A stretch of DNA of 57,810 nt. It comes from Synechococcus sp. GTDB lineage: Bacteria; Cyanobacteriota; Cyanobacteriia; Thermostichales; PCC-7336. Numbering within the stretch: the stretch's first letter is position 1; each line of letters begins with the position of its first letter. The stretch is from assembly GCA_051439425.1 (NCBI GenBank), contig JBFRWD010000120.1, forward strand, positions 1-57,810. Direction: 5' to 3'. This document shows, piece by piece, positions 21,772 through 30,921 of the stretch. A model generated the notes under the pieces. That model saw nothing but the letters and a program-made list of their open reading frames with translations, searched no databases and was not told the origin of the DNA. A program made the translations under genes and the position numbers.

Positions 21772-21832
21772 TTCACGACTCCCCTAAAACAGATGAATTC
21801 ATGTCTTGACTGGACGTTTCAGAATTAGCCCG

Positions 21833-22594
21833 ATGACACTATCAACGACTATCGCTCCAACGTCTCCGCCAAATACAACGATCCCCCTTTTAGAAGCCAG
21901 TGACCTATGGAAGCGTTTTGTGCTGCACGGCCAAGGGGGAGTGGAACTGCCGGTATTGGAGGGAACGTCACTGCAACTGTTTCCGGGAGATTGCATTGCC
22001 CTAGTGGGGGCATCGGGGTCGGGCAAATCGACGTTTATGCGATCGCTCTACGCCAACTACCGAGTGGATCGCGGCTCTATTTGGGTGCAGCACGATGGCG
22101 CACAGCTAGACATCACGCAATTGGCCCCACATGAATTACTGGATGTGCGCCGCAAAACCATAGGATATGTCAGTCAATTTCTGCGCGTCATTCCTCGCGT
22201 GCCGGCGATCGATGTGGCTGCAGAACCCTTACTAGAACTGGGCACCGATGCTGACGAAGCCCACGAAGTTGTCGCCACCCTCTTCCGGCGACTCAACCTG
22301 CCCGAGCGCCTGTGGCAACTGTCTCCCACCACCTTTTCCGGTGGAGAGCAACAGCGAGTCAATATTGCTCGGGCATTATCTGTCGATTACCCCATCCTGC
22401 TGCTGGACGAACCCACCTCAGCCTTGGATGCTGCCAACCGACAAGTGGTCATCGAATTAATCGAAGAACGCAAAGCCCGAGGCCGAGCCCTCGTGGGAAT
22501 TTTTCACGATGCGGAAGTTCGCGATCGCGTCTGCAATCGCCAACTCTTATTTGGAGCCGATCGACTCGCCTTTGGAGCGCCCATTCAGTCATGA
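21833..22594 (+). CDS. phnL: C-P lyase ABC-type ATPase PhnL
   Basis: KRFVLHGQGG, GASGSGKST, YVSQFLRVIPRV, TFSGGEQQRVNIAR, GIFHD. Confidence 0.96.
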   Translation: MTLSTTIAPTSPPNTTIPLLEASDLWKRFVLHGQGGVELPVLEGTSLQLFPGDCIALVGASGSGKSTFMRSLYANYRVDRGSIWVQHDGAQLDITQLAPHELLDVRRKTIGYVSQFLRVIPRVPAIDVAAEPLLELGTDADEAHEVVATLFRRLNLPERLWQLSPTTFSGGEQQRVNIARALSVDYPILLLDEPTSALDAANRQVVIELIEERKARGRALVGIFHDAEVRDRVCNRQLLFGADRLAFGAPIQS

Positions 22595-23742
22595 CCGAGC
22601 AAATCTACACCAACTACCGCCTGCTATTACCAGACGAAGAAGTCCTCGGCACCTTAGTCGTCCGAGATGGGGCGATCGCCGACATTCAACCCGACCTTAT
22701 TTCCTACGGAGCTGCTGGAGCCAGCATTGATGGCAATGGTGAGTATCTGCTGCCCGGATTGGTGGAGCTGCACACCGACAACCTTGAGCGCAATATGACC
22801 CCAAGACCTGGGGTGATGTGGCCTATCGAAGCAGCAGCGGTCTATCACGATCGCGATCTGATCGGTGCCGGGGTGACCACGGTTTGCGATGCCATTTCCA
22901 TTGGAGATACCAAACCCGGCTCCATCCGCATGACCCACTTCGCCGCCATGATCGACGTGATTCACGAGGGTCAGCAAGCCGATCGCTATTTCGCCAATCA
23001 CCTGATTCACCTACGCTGCGAGCTGGGCTACGACCAAGTGACTGATGTCGTGGGCAGCTATGCCGACCATCCCCTACTGACGCTGCTGTCCTTGATGGAT
23101 CACACCCCCGGTCAGCGACAGTTTGTGGATATTGAAAAGTTCAAAGAGTACTACATGGGCAAGCACGGCGTTAGCGCCGATGAGATGGAGGGCTTCATTC
23201 AACAACGCTTGGATGACCAACAAATGCATGCTCTCGAAAATCGGGTCAAGTTGGTGGATCTAGCCCAAAGTCGCAATCTGGCGATCGCCAGCCACGATGA
23301 CGCCACGGTCGATCACGTCAAAGAAGCGGTCTCTGAAGGAGCGGCTATTTCCGAATTTCCCACCACAATGGCCGCCGCTAAGGAGGCCCACCTCAACGGC
23401 CTACAAGTGTTGATGGGGGCCCCTAATTTGGTGTTGGGAGGATCGCACTCCGGCAATGTGTCGGCAATGGAGCTGGTACAGGTGGATTTGGTCGACATCA
23501 TTTCCTCAGATTACGTTCCTCGCAGTCTGCTGCAGTCAGTATTTTTGATTGCCGAGCACAGTCATCTACCCCTATACGAAGCAGCCAAATTGGTGACCAG
23601 CAATCCGGCTCGGGCCATTGGTTTGGATAGCGATCGCGGCAGTTTGTCAGTGGGCAAGCGAGCAGATTTTGTCACGGTGCACCATGACGGCACCGTCCCA
23701 ATGCTGACATCTGTATTTAACGGCGGGCGCCGCGTAGCCTAA
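22591..23742 (+). CDS. phnM: alpha-D-ribose 1-methylphosphonate 5-triphosphate diphosphatase PhnM
   Basis: PGLVELHTDNLE, MDHTPGQRQF, ASHDD, EFPTT, GGSHSGNVSA, SSDYVP; ATG 22591 overlaps the phnL stop (ATGA). Confidence 0.96.
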   Translation: MTEQIYTNYRLLLPDEEVLGTLVVRDGAIADIQPDLISYGAAGASIDGNGEYLLPGLVELHTDNLERNMTPRPGVMWPIEAAAVYHDRDLIGAGVTTVCDAISIGDTKPGSIRMTHFAAMIDVIHEGQQADRYFANHLIHLRCELGYDQVTDVVGSYADHPLLTLLSLMDHTPGQRQFVDIEKFKEYYMGKHGVSADEMEGFIQQRLDDQQMHALENRVKLVDLAQSRNLAIASHDDATVDHVKEAVSEGAAISEFPTTMAAAKEAHLNGLQVLMGAPNLVLGGSHSGNVSAMELVQVDLVDIISSDYVPRSLLQSVFLIAEHSHLPLYEAAKLVTSNPARAIGLDSDRGSLSVGKRADFVTVHHDGTVPMLTSVFNGGRRVA

Positions 23743-23794
23743 TCAGCATCCGACTATGTTTTCCTGGTTTTTCAGTACTTTATAGGGGGTAAGA

Positions 23795-24346
23795 ATGAAG
23801 CAGTTTTCTTTAGAAACCATCGAACAGCTGTATTGCGATCGCGGCAGTCAACAGTACGGTAACGAAGCGGTCAGTCAGTTAGAACACGCTCTGCAATGTG
23901 CAACATTGGCACAGGAACGAGGGGCATCCGATGCCATTATCACCGCCTGCTTTTTGCACGACATCGGCCACCTCCTGCACGACCTTGGTGACGACATTGC
24001 CGAACGCGGTGTGGACGATCGCCACGAATACCGAGCAATGCCCTATCTGAAATCTCTATTTGGCCCAGAGGTTACCGAGCCCATACGCTTGCACGTCAAT
24101 GCCAAACGGTATTTGTGTGCGATCGATGCAGACTACTGGGCCAGTCTCTCTCCCGCCTCAAAGCTCAGCCTGAACTTACAAGGAGGCGTTTTCTCAGAGT
24201 CCGAAGCACAAGCCTTTATTCAGCAACCATTTGCGAGTGAGGCTGTGGAATTACGATGCTGCGATGACCTGGCGAAAGTTGTCAACAAGGCAACTCCGTC
24301 AGTAGCAACATTCCTGGCCAATAGCCATCACAGTCAGCTTGTGTAG
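23795..24346 (+). CDS. phnZ: phosphonate-degradation HD-domain oxygenase, PhnZ-like
   Basis: YG.EAVSQLEHALQCA, LHDIGH, RHE, LHVNAKRYL, LSPAS..SL.LQGG, DDLAK. Confidence 0.88.
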   Translation: MKQFSLETIEQLYCDRGSQQYGNEAVSQLEHALQCATLAQERGASDAIITACFLHDIGHLLHDLGDDIAERGVDDRHEYRAMPYLKSLFGPEVTEPIRLHVNAKRYLCAIDADYWASLSPASKLSLNLQGGVFSESEAQAFIQQPFASEAVELRCCDDLAKVVNKATPSVATFLANSHHSQLV

Positions 24347-24363
24347 CAATCCGCTATCTCGAC

Positions 24364-24579
24364 CTATCCGACGCCACCCAGAAGCGCGCCAAGGATGCTG
24401 ATCAGTATGACAAGACCGGCACCAATTGCGAAAAGGACTAGCTGAGCTTGAAAAAAGGATTTCTTAGAGGGCTTAGTATCAGATCCAAATGCCCAAACGA
24501 AAACCATAATCAAACCGACAATCGGTATAAGCATAATGAGATACGTAATCAGCCATTCTCCAACAGTGACTGGTTCCAT
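24364..24579 (-). CDS. small two-helix membrane protein
   Basis: GAGG-type SD upstream; VGEWLIT..IPIVG..VWAFG..SK..FFQA pattern of a widespread small membrane protein (from memory). Confidence 0.75.
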   Translation of the reverse strand: MEPVTVGEWLITYLIMLIPIVGLIMVFVWAFGSDTKPSKKSFFQAQLVLFAIGAGLVILISILGALLGGVG

Positions 24580-25400
24580 TCGCTCACCTCGTACTATTAC
24601 GATTATCCAAGGAAGGATTCACTAGACTCAATTGAAGCAAAATTTATCTCGTGCTGCATTTGGATATTCCTAAGCTAAAAGCCCACTTGAGGCTGAAAGC
24701 ATTTGTTTGATTTCTTAAATTTGAAAATAGAACTAAGGTCTACAAAATGATAGATATTACTGCTCTTGCTGAGCAAGGGTATCAGTTAAAGAAATATATC
24801 CAGCCTGAGTGTTCCACCATGATAATGGCTTAACTTCTGCTACTTATTCTGACTCGGGAATGAATTTCATGTATAAACGTAAACCGTGGTTTGCGATCGG
24901 CCACTGAAAGCTAAGCGTCAAGATGATTTCATGCATTTTTGAGGCTAGGCCATGAATAATGCAGCTTAGTTTGGAATTGAGCGTTGCACACTGGTTATAG
25001 TGTTCGCCACTTCAGTTAGGACAAAGGCCTCCAGCCATAGTCAGGAGTGAATATCGCTGAAATGTCCGCATTGGTATGACCATTGCTATAACTTTGCGGC
25101 TTGACATCGAAGTGGTTCGCTTGGTTTGGATAAGTAGATTGCATATTAGTCAAGTCTCAAGAGGTATATAGGATTGGGAGGACGATTAGAGGAAGAATTT
25201 GACCTTTCTAATTGCCTGTAAGGTTGCTCGTGGCCTCAGGATACGTAAGAAGGCTTTGCCAAGATCGTAGTTGAAAATGTAATGACATTCTTTAGAGTCG
25301 GAGCGTTCACTTTATAAAGAACGTCTGATGCTAAAGAGATAGCAGTAGACTTTGAAATGGTGCCTAAAGTATATTTACATATTTATTTGTAGCGAGTCCT

Positions 25401-25913
25401 ATGTTTATATCCCATGAAGACTGGCAAAATAAAAATGCTATTGATATTTGCCGAGATGGCACCATAATAAATAGATTTCGTGTGAATCAAAAGAATTTTC
25501 TCATTTTGTCGACAGGAGAATATGACTTAAATCGACATGTAGATATGAAATCAGCTGACCTAAGACATACATTTGGACAAAGTGGATATATAGAGATACT
25601 TCGCTTCGTGATTGGTGATAATTTGTGTTTTATCCTTGAGGAGAAAGAATCAACATGCAATGATGATATTTACGAGTCATTAAAGGCAGGATTGACAGCC
25701 CGTGAGCTACAAATCGCTACACTAGTTGCCCAAGGAAAATCGAATAAACAAATTGCTAAGCAACTACATATTAGTGAGTGGACTGTAGCAACTCATTTAA
25801 GGCGTATATTCCTCAAACTTGATGTCGACAGTCGGGCTGAAATGGTATTCCGCTGTTCTTCTCTAATTTCGATTGGCATACTCTCTGGTTCTATTGAAGA
25901 AGATAAAAATTAG
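25401..25913 (+). CDS. LuxR/GerE-type HTH transcriptional regulator
   Basis: LTARELQIATLVAQGKSNKQIA..LHISEWTVATHLRRIF.KL.V.SR; no receiver domain. Confidence 0.9.
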   Translation: MFISHEDWQNKNAIDICRDGTIINRFRVNQKNFLILSTGEYDLNRHVDMKSADLRHTFGQSGYIEILRFVIGDNLCFILEEKESTCNDDIYESLKAGLTARELQIATLVAQGKSNKQIAKQLHISEWTVATHLRRIFLKLDVDSRAEMVFRCSSLISIGILSGSIEEDKN

Positions 25914-26065
25914 CAAAATTTCTACGAACCTCCTGAGTATTACTCAGTGATCCTAAAATGTTGATGGGTAAAAAATTTGCCCAAAACGGTAGCATTAGGC
26001 AATTTCAAAAAACGGTACTCTGACATCGAGTTGACTAACAACAGCCTCAATATAACCCTCACAGA

Positions 26066-26536
26066 TTACAAAAAGTAATCTGCAGTGTCGATCTGGTGGG
26101 AGAATTTGCCGGGAAAAATTCTACGATATTCTCTCTCTCTCGCCTTTAAATCTGTTCCTGCTGGAAAATAGTACACTTTAACTTTATAGTCTGAGATATT
26201 GGCCTTAAGATGGGTTAAGCACCAACGATGTTGACCAATTCTTGAAGCGAGATTCACAGACTTACCTACATATACTCGCTCCCCTATCGATCTTGGGTTA
26301 GATCTGATCCGCTTAAAAATGACGTAAATTCCGTGGTTTGATACCTTACTTCTCTTAATCAGTCTGGGTGCATCCGCTAATGGAATAAGCTTTGTTTGCT
26401 TAATTATATGCCTATTTTTATATGCTTTGAATCCGTCGGAGTCATACCCGTCGGAAATGCCATACTCATCAAATAACCTTCTACTAGAATAATTTTCTGG
26501 CATCATTTTTCTGAACTTACTTACGGTTCTAATCAT
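26066..26536 (-). CDS. GIY-YIG nuclease family protein
   Basis: GIYVI...VYVGKSVNLASRIGQH and downstream Glu (ARERE). Confidence 0.8.
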   Translation of the reverse strand: MIRTVSKFRKMMPENYSSRRLFDEYGISDGYDSDGFKAYKNRHIIKQTKLIPLADAPRLIKRSKVSNHGIYVIFKRIRSNPRSIGERVYVGKSVNLASRIGQHRWCLTHLKANISDYKVKVYYFPAGTDLKAREREYRRIFPGKFSHQIDTADYFL

Positions 26537-26824
26537 GTTCTTGCTCCAAGATGTTTGCGGATTATAATGGATGCTTGCTGACGTCAGCGCACTGACTAAT
26601 AATGAATACTAAAAATATCTGATTGCACTATTTTGATGTTTAAATCTAATCAAATAGTTGGAAGACGGCTGTTGTGATTTTCTGTATGGGTGCCATTTAT
26701 ATTTTGATGTTACCTGCCTAAGATTGTATTGAATTAAGTGCCGATCCTGATGGAAGTCTATACCTCCGATGAAGCATGATTGTAAATGAGAACCTCAATT
26801 TCTATTCCCACGTGGGGTCAATAT

Positions 26825-28255
26825 TTAGGGACATGTTGGATAGTGACGCCTAGTTGGTATATGGGATCGACTCAATACTAGATGTTTGTCCATGTAGATC
26901 CTTAATTCTCGACCAATGTTGGCCGCTCTAGGATTGGCTAGATGGCCCAACATCATCGTTATGAATTCTCGGCTAGCATTTATAGCCTCTAAGGCCCATG
27001 GCTTGAGAGCTCCACTTGTCGTGGTGATAATATCTCGAGGGTCTGGAGGAGGAAATACTCGATGCTCTAGTGGAAAACGATGACTACCATCGAATCCGAA
27101 AAATCGTATCCAGACGATAGGATGACTGGCCCCCGCCCCGCCCCACTGACGTTCTATATGCGCTTCTGAATATGAATCTTGGATAAGGTGTAATGCTTCA
27201 CCCATCATCTCAAATGATGTTTTTCGTGTTCTGGCTCTTAATGAGCTGCCATGTAGGCTATGTAAGCGATCTCGTATCTCTTTCAACGCATTTCTCTGAG
27301 ACTGGCAGGTTCTCCGTCTAATGGCATGACGCGCTTGCTGCTTTGGGTCGAAATGCTTGAGCGGATTCCCAGAATCTACACGACGTACGCCCTTCCTCAA
27401 TGCGTTCCGATCGGCACTTGTCAGACCTGACACACTTGCTGCGGCATCTCTAGTCAGGCGCTCGTGACCTTCCGGTATGCCGAACACTCTGCTGTGGATT
27501 ACATATGGATCTCCAGTATCTATGAATGCCGATCTCGTTCGTAAAGTGGCCCTGCGTTGCAATGAATGGGTCGATAATGCTTGTTTCCTATCCAATAGTG
27601 GCCCCTGATTGAGGCTCCCGTAGTACCGGGCTTTCTTTAGCGTACGTTGCATGCGTGCCAAGGTCTTTCTTCCCAAGATTCCGTCGACTGTGAGACCCGT
27701 TTTACTCTGTTGCCAGACGGCAATTTTCCTTGCTACTTCTTCAGAGGTTGGAATAGCTTCGCTAAGCCCGAGAAGAGCATGAATACTTGATTGGTATGCT
27801 TTCCAACCAAGAGACTGGCTATTTCTATGGTTTTGGGCGATCGCTTTTTCCAAGTCGATATTGGACGGTTTTCGAGGTATTTTGATGATTGCATAGCAGT
27901 TCCCTTTAGGAACTTTTCCTCCTGTTAATGCTTGCTGCTCTAAACTGCAAGCAAATCTTGGAAAGAAGGAGATGATTCCATTCGGAAATAGCTTCTTGGA
28001 CTTAGAGATACGGAAACGAACATTATAAAAATCGTTATTGATTGTTCTGGCTAACCTTAGCCTCTCAGATCCAGCTTTTACACCATAAGCCCGACCTGCA
28101 ATACCCAACAGAGTATCTCCTTGCCTGATTTGGTAAAAGCTACCTGGAGTCGGATATGTTCGGAGGGTAGCTCTATCAACCTCGTTGGTTTGAGCCAAGA
28201 GTTCAATACTGCTTTGGCCACTTAAGTCAGTTGGTTTCGTTTGTACGACACTCAT
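26825..28255 (-). CDS. LysM + peptidoglycan-binding + Zn-hydrolase (phospholipase C/P1 nuclease/HET-C-like) protein
   Basis: YQIRQGDTLLGIA (LysM), WQ..GLTVDGILGRKT (PG-binding), HERLT / HFD / GEALHLIQDSYS.AH. Confidence 0.7.
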   Translation of the reverse strand: MSVVQTKPTDLSGQSSIELLAQTNEVDRATLRTYPTPGSFYQIRQGDTLLGIAGRAYGVKAGSERLRLARTINNDFYNVRFRISKSKKLFPNGIISFFPRFACSLEQQALTGGKVPKGNCYAIIKIPRKPSNIDLEKAIAQNHRNSQSLGWKAYQSSIHALLGLSEAIPTSEEVARKIAVWQQSKTGLTVDGILGRKTLARMQRTLKKARYYGSLNQGPLLDRKQALSTHSLQRRATLRTRSAFIDTGDPYVIHSRVFGIPEGHERLTRDAAASVSGLTSADRNALRKGVRRVDSGNPLKHFDPKQQARHAIRRRTCQSQRNALKEIRDRLHSLHGSSLRARTRKTSFEMMGEALHLIQDSYSEAHIERQWGGAGASHPIVWIRFFGFDGSHRFPLEHRVFPPPDPRDIITTTSGALKPWALEAINASREFITMMLGHLANPRAANIGRELRIYMDKHLVLSRSHIPTRRHYPTCP

Positions 28256-28445
28256 GTTGTTCGTTTGGCTAAACTATAAATGTCTGCGAGATAACTGCCT
28301 GCGGAAACATTCAGATTAATGAAAGACTTAGAATGTATAGTTGGATCGAGGAAAAAGATGTAGTTCGACTCCTATTCTGATTTTGCTGAGAAAGCTTTGC
28401 GAAATTGTCCGAACGATATATATCACCTCGATTTGATTGGTATTC

Positions 28446-28931
28446 CTAACTATTGGTCCTGCTATGATGAATGAATGTCGAACACTGATAAACCATTGCC
28501 GCTCTACTATCTACATTCAATTTCGCGAATACTCTTCGAAGATGGCTAGCAACCGTCCATTCGCTGATATTTAATTTTCTACCTATTTGCTTATTTGGAT
28601 GCCCTTTAGAAACTAGGATGGCGATCTGCATTTCTCGCTCTGTCAACATGGAAGCAATGTCATCCTTGCCTTGCTCTGGCTCGGACTTTGCGGCCGCGAT
28701 GATACAGATTCGACCATCTACTTGGAAGCGAGTTAATTCCGAGTAATTTGAATATTTGGATTCATTAAAACACTGTTCGATCGCTATATCGATAGAATCT
28801 TGCTTGAGATGCTTTTCAATGACGATCGCCAGACAAGGAATATTGTTTACGATGAACTCCCCAATAACATGTAAGGACTGAGGAACTCTCTGATTTGTGC
28901 CATCACGGATATTGTTTTTTATACTTTGCAT
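28446..28931 (-). CDS. LuxR/GerE-type HTH regulator, paralog of 25401-25913
   Basis: LTEREMQIAILVSKG..NKQI...LNISEWTVASHLRRVFAKL; ATG 28931 lies 4 nt after the upstream stop. Confidence 0.9.
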   Translation of the reverse strand: MQSIKNNIRDGTNQRVPQSLHVIGEFIVNNIPCLAIVIEKHLKQDSIDIAIEQCFNESKYSNYSELTRFQVDGRICIIAAAKSEPEQGKDDIASMLTEREMQIAILVSKGHPNKQIGRKLNISEWTVASHLRRVFAKLNVDSRAAMVYQCSTFIHHSRTNS

Positions 28932-28935
28932 TGCT

Positions 28936-29967
28936 TTAACCCCGTTTCTGTAGTGGCTGTGGAGTAATCGGTGTTTGGTGTTGAATGGAATTTGTCGATC
29001 TCCGATGCCTGTGATTGACAAAGATCGGGCGATAGGTTTTTGCTGGGGACAACCTACGGATTTTAAATAGGGTGGCTAAATTAGCTTCGGGGTCGCGAAT
29101 TGGTCGCAGGCATTTTGATGGCCCGGTGAATAAAGGGGTGACTCCGGGGCCGTGACCGCTGACGCTGCTATCGCTATGGACAATCGCCCCAATTATCGTT
29201 CGGCCCTGACGAACCGCCGGACCAAATCGACTATCTCCATTCACGATCGCCACTAGGTCCCCATATCTCAAAGTCGCTAATCGACAACGCCGACGGCTCT
29301 CTCGATCGAATAACTGGATATCCACATCACCCCTCCATGCCGTATTCTTTCCCAATCCAGACCCCATCAGGGCAGACGGAATGATGTGCGTCACGGGTAC
29401 CTGTAATGCGTCTGTCTTTGGGCGTAAATTCCATCGTTGCAGTAATGCAGGCGAGCAATTCATTACTGTAATCTCCGGATAATCCAGCAACCTTAGACCC
29501 AGCCCTACGCTGTACACCTGCATTCGATCGCCAATTTGCAGCCGCTTGAGTACGGATGTCGGAAAATCCACTAATACACGATCGGCTCCACCGTGCTTTC
29601 CCGTCACCATTCCCATTTGCCCCGTACAGGGACCTTTCGTCACCTTTACGCGATTGCCAATGCAGGCATAGGTCATCAACGCCAAATTCGGTCCCTGGCG
29701 ACTACCTTTGACTTCGCGATCGTTATTGTGCAGCGCCACTCCTGGCTCGATATGATCTCCGGCTACCCCCACACAACGGTCGCCAATGCGCTGATTGATC
29801 GCAATGCCCCCACCCCCTGGCAGCACGCGAGGTACGCCATCGTGGCCAATGCGGTAAGGTGCCCCTACTACGGGATTAGCAATCTGGCCGGCTACGACTC
29901 CCACGACCAAGTCGTCGCGATTAATCCGAGGCCAGTGCTTGGAGTAAGCGTTCGGAAGAGTGTTCAT
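28936..29967 (-). CDS. DUF4438-like protein
   Basis: G.PRVLPG.GGI..N.RIGD, GDHIEPGV, ACIGN, VTGKHGG, MGSGLG, LRYGDLVAI, GHGPGVT match the family as recalled. Confidence 0.8.
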   Translation of the reverse strand: MNTLPNAYSKHWPRINRDDLVVGVVAGQIANPVVGAPYRIGHDGVPRVLPGGGGIAINQRIGDRCVGVAGDHIEPGVALHNNDREVKGSRQGPNLALMTYACIGNRVKVTKGPCTGQMGMVTGKHGGADRVLVDFPTSVLKRLQIGDRMQVYSVGLGLRLLDYPEITVMNCSPALLQRWNLRPKTDALQVPVTHIIPSALMGSGLGKNTAWRGDVDIQLFDRESRRRCRLATLRYGDLVAIVNGDSRFGPAVRQGRTIIGAIVHSDSSVSGHGPGVTPLFTGPSKCLRPIRDPEANLATLFKIRRLSPAKTYRPIFVNHRHRRSTNSIQHQTPITPQPLQKRG

Positions 29968-30886
29968 GGTTGAGAAAGGCTTTTTTTTCGACTTGTATCG
30001 GATACCAGTAGCCCCGGGCCTGCTGCCACAGATCTATATCAACGAGCTGTGATGAACGATCGTCTTCTAGTAATGTCCAAGGATGTTCGAAATCTTCGCG
30101 ATCGTCGGGATCGCCTGCTTCAGAACACGATTGTAATACGCTCGGATGCAATGCTGCAGGAACGATCAAGTGGAGAACCACCAAATCCAGATCCGACCAG
30201 AGCAATTGGGAAACACCTGCATGCACGAATAGATGCTGCAAATGCTGGCGTTCGATCGCCACAATTGGATCCGAATCGGGTTGCTGGTGACACCCAATCC
30301 CCCATCGCTCCAAACAATCGACAATGTACGATGAGTTCCCGGATGTAGGTCGGTAGGTCAAGATAGTTGCTGAGCCCAATGTTGCTGCCAGCGCAATGGC
30401 ATCCCGGCAGGCAGCATGCAACGGCTGTCGGATTTCGGACTCGCTCAAATGGCTGTCCAGAGAACGGGCCAACAATTCGTAGCGAGCGATCGTCTCTTCT
30501 GGATTAACCCCCTCCTTAATCCATTTGGGTAGGCAGGACTGTCCAGCAGAATCCCCCATCCAGAAAATGTTTAGTCCTGCTAAGTCTGTTTTAAGCCGGA
30601 GCTGTTCCCAGGCATTAATGGCTCGCTCGTCAAATTTCGGTGCGCTAGCCCGATCCGCAGGAGCCACAGGTAAGGATACATCTGGAATGTGCTCGATATA
30701 GAAGAGAGTGTTATCCAGAATGTGCCAAAGTTCCCGCACCACCCATAGTTCCATCAAGGTGGAGAGATTCTTGGTTAGGAATAGCGCTTCGAGGCCGCGA
30801 TCGCACAGGAGTAGAACCGGATCGAGAACGCAGACCCGCTGCCGCTGACTAAATGTGAGTGAAATAGTAGGAAAAAGGGACTCCAT
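29921..30886 (-). CDS. hypothetical protein with PIN-like motifs
   Basis: AGGGGG SD; VCVLDP, VVRELW, RDAIALA..ILTY; overlaps the next gene by 47 nt. Confidence 0.7.
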   Translation of the reverse strand: MESLFPTISLTFSQRQRVCVLDPVLLLCDRGLEALFLTKNLSTLMELWVVRELWHILDNTLFYIEHIPDVSLPVAPADRASAPKFDERAINAWEQLRLKTDLAGLNIFWMGDSAGQSCLPKWIKEGVNPEETIARYELLARSLDSHLSESEIRQPLHAACRDAIALAATLGSATILTYRPTSGNSSYIVDCLERWGIGCHQQPDSDPIVAIERQHLQHLFVHAGVSQLLWSDLDLVVLHLIVPAALHPSVLQSCSEAGDPDDREDFEHPWTLLEDDRSSQLVDIDLWQQARGYWYPIQVEKKAFLNHEHSSERLLQALASD

Positions 30887-30921
30887 TTGGGTTTCCCCCT
30901 AACAGATATTGACTGGCAAAC

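Noticed and set aside
22312..22590. N-terminal extension of the phnM ORF
   Set aside because: Lies inside phnL; ATG 22591 with an ATGA overlap gives a normal PhnM.
24680..25400. AT-rich spacer as a gene remnant or ncRNA
   Set aside because: Only very short ORFs and no convincing structure or homology visible by eye.
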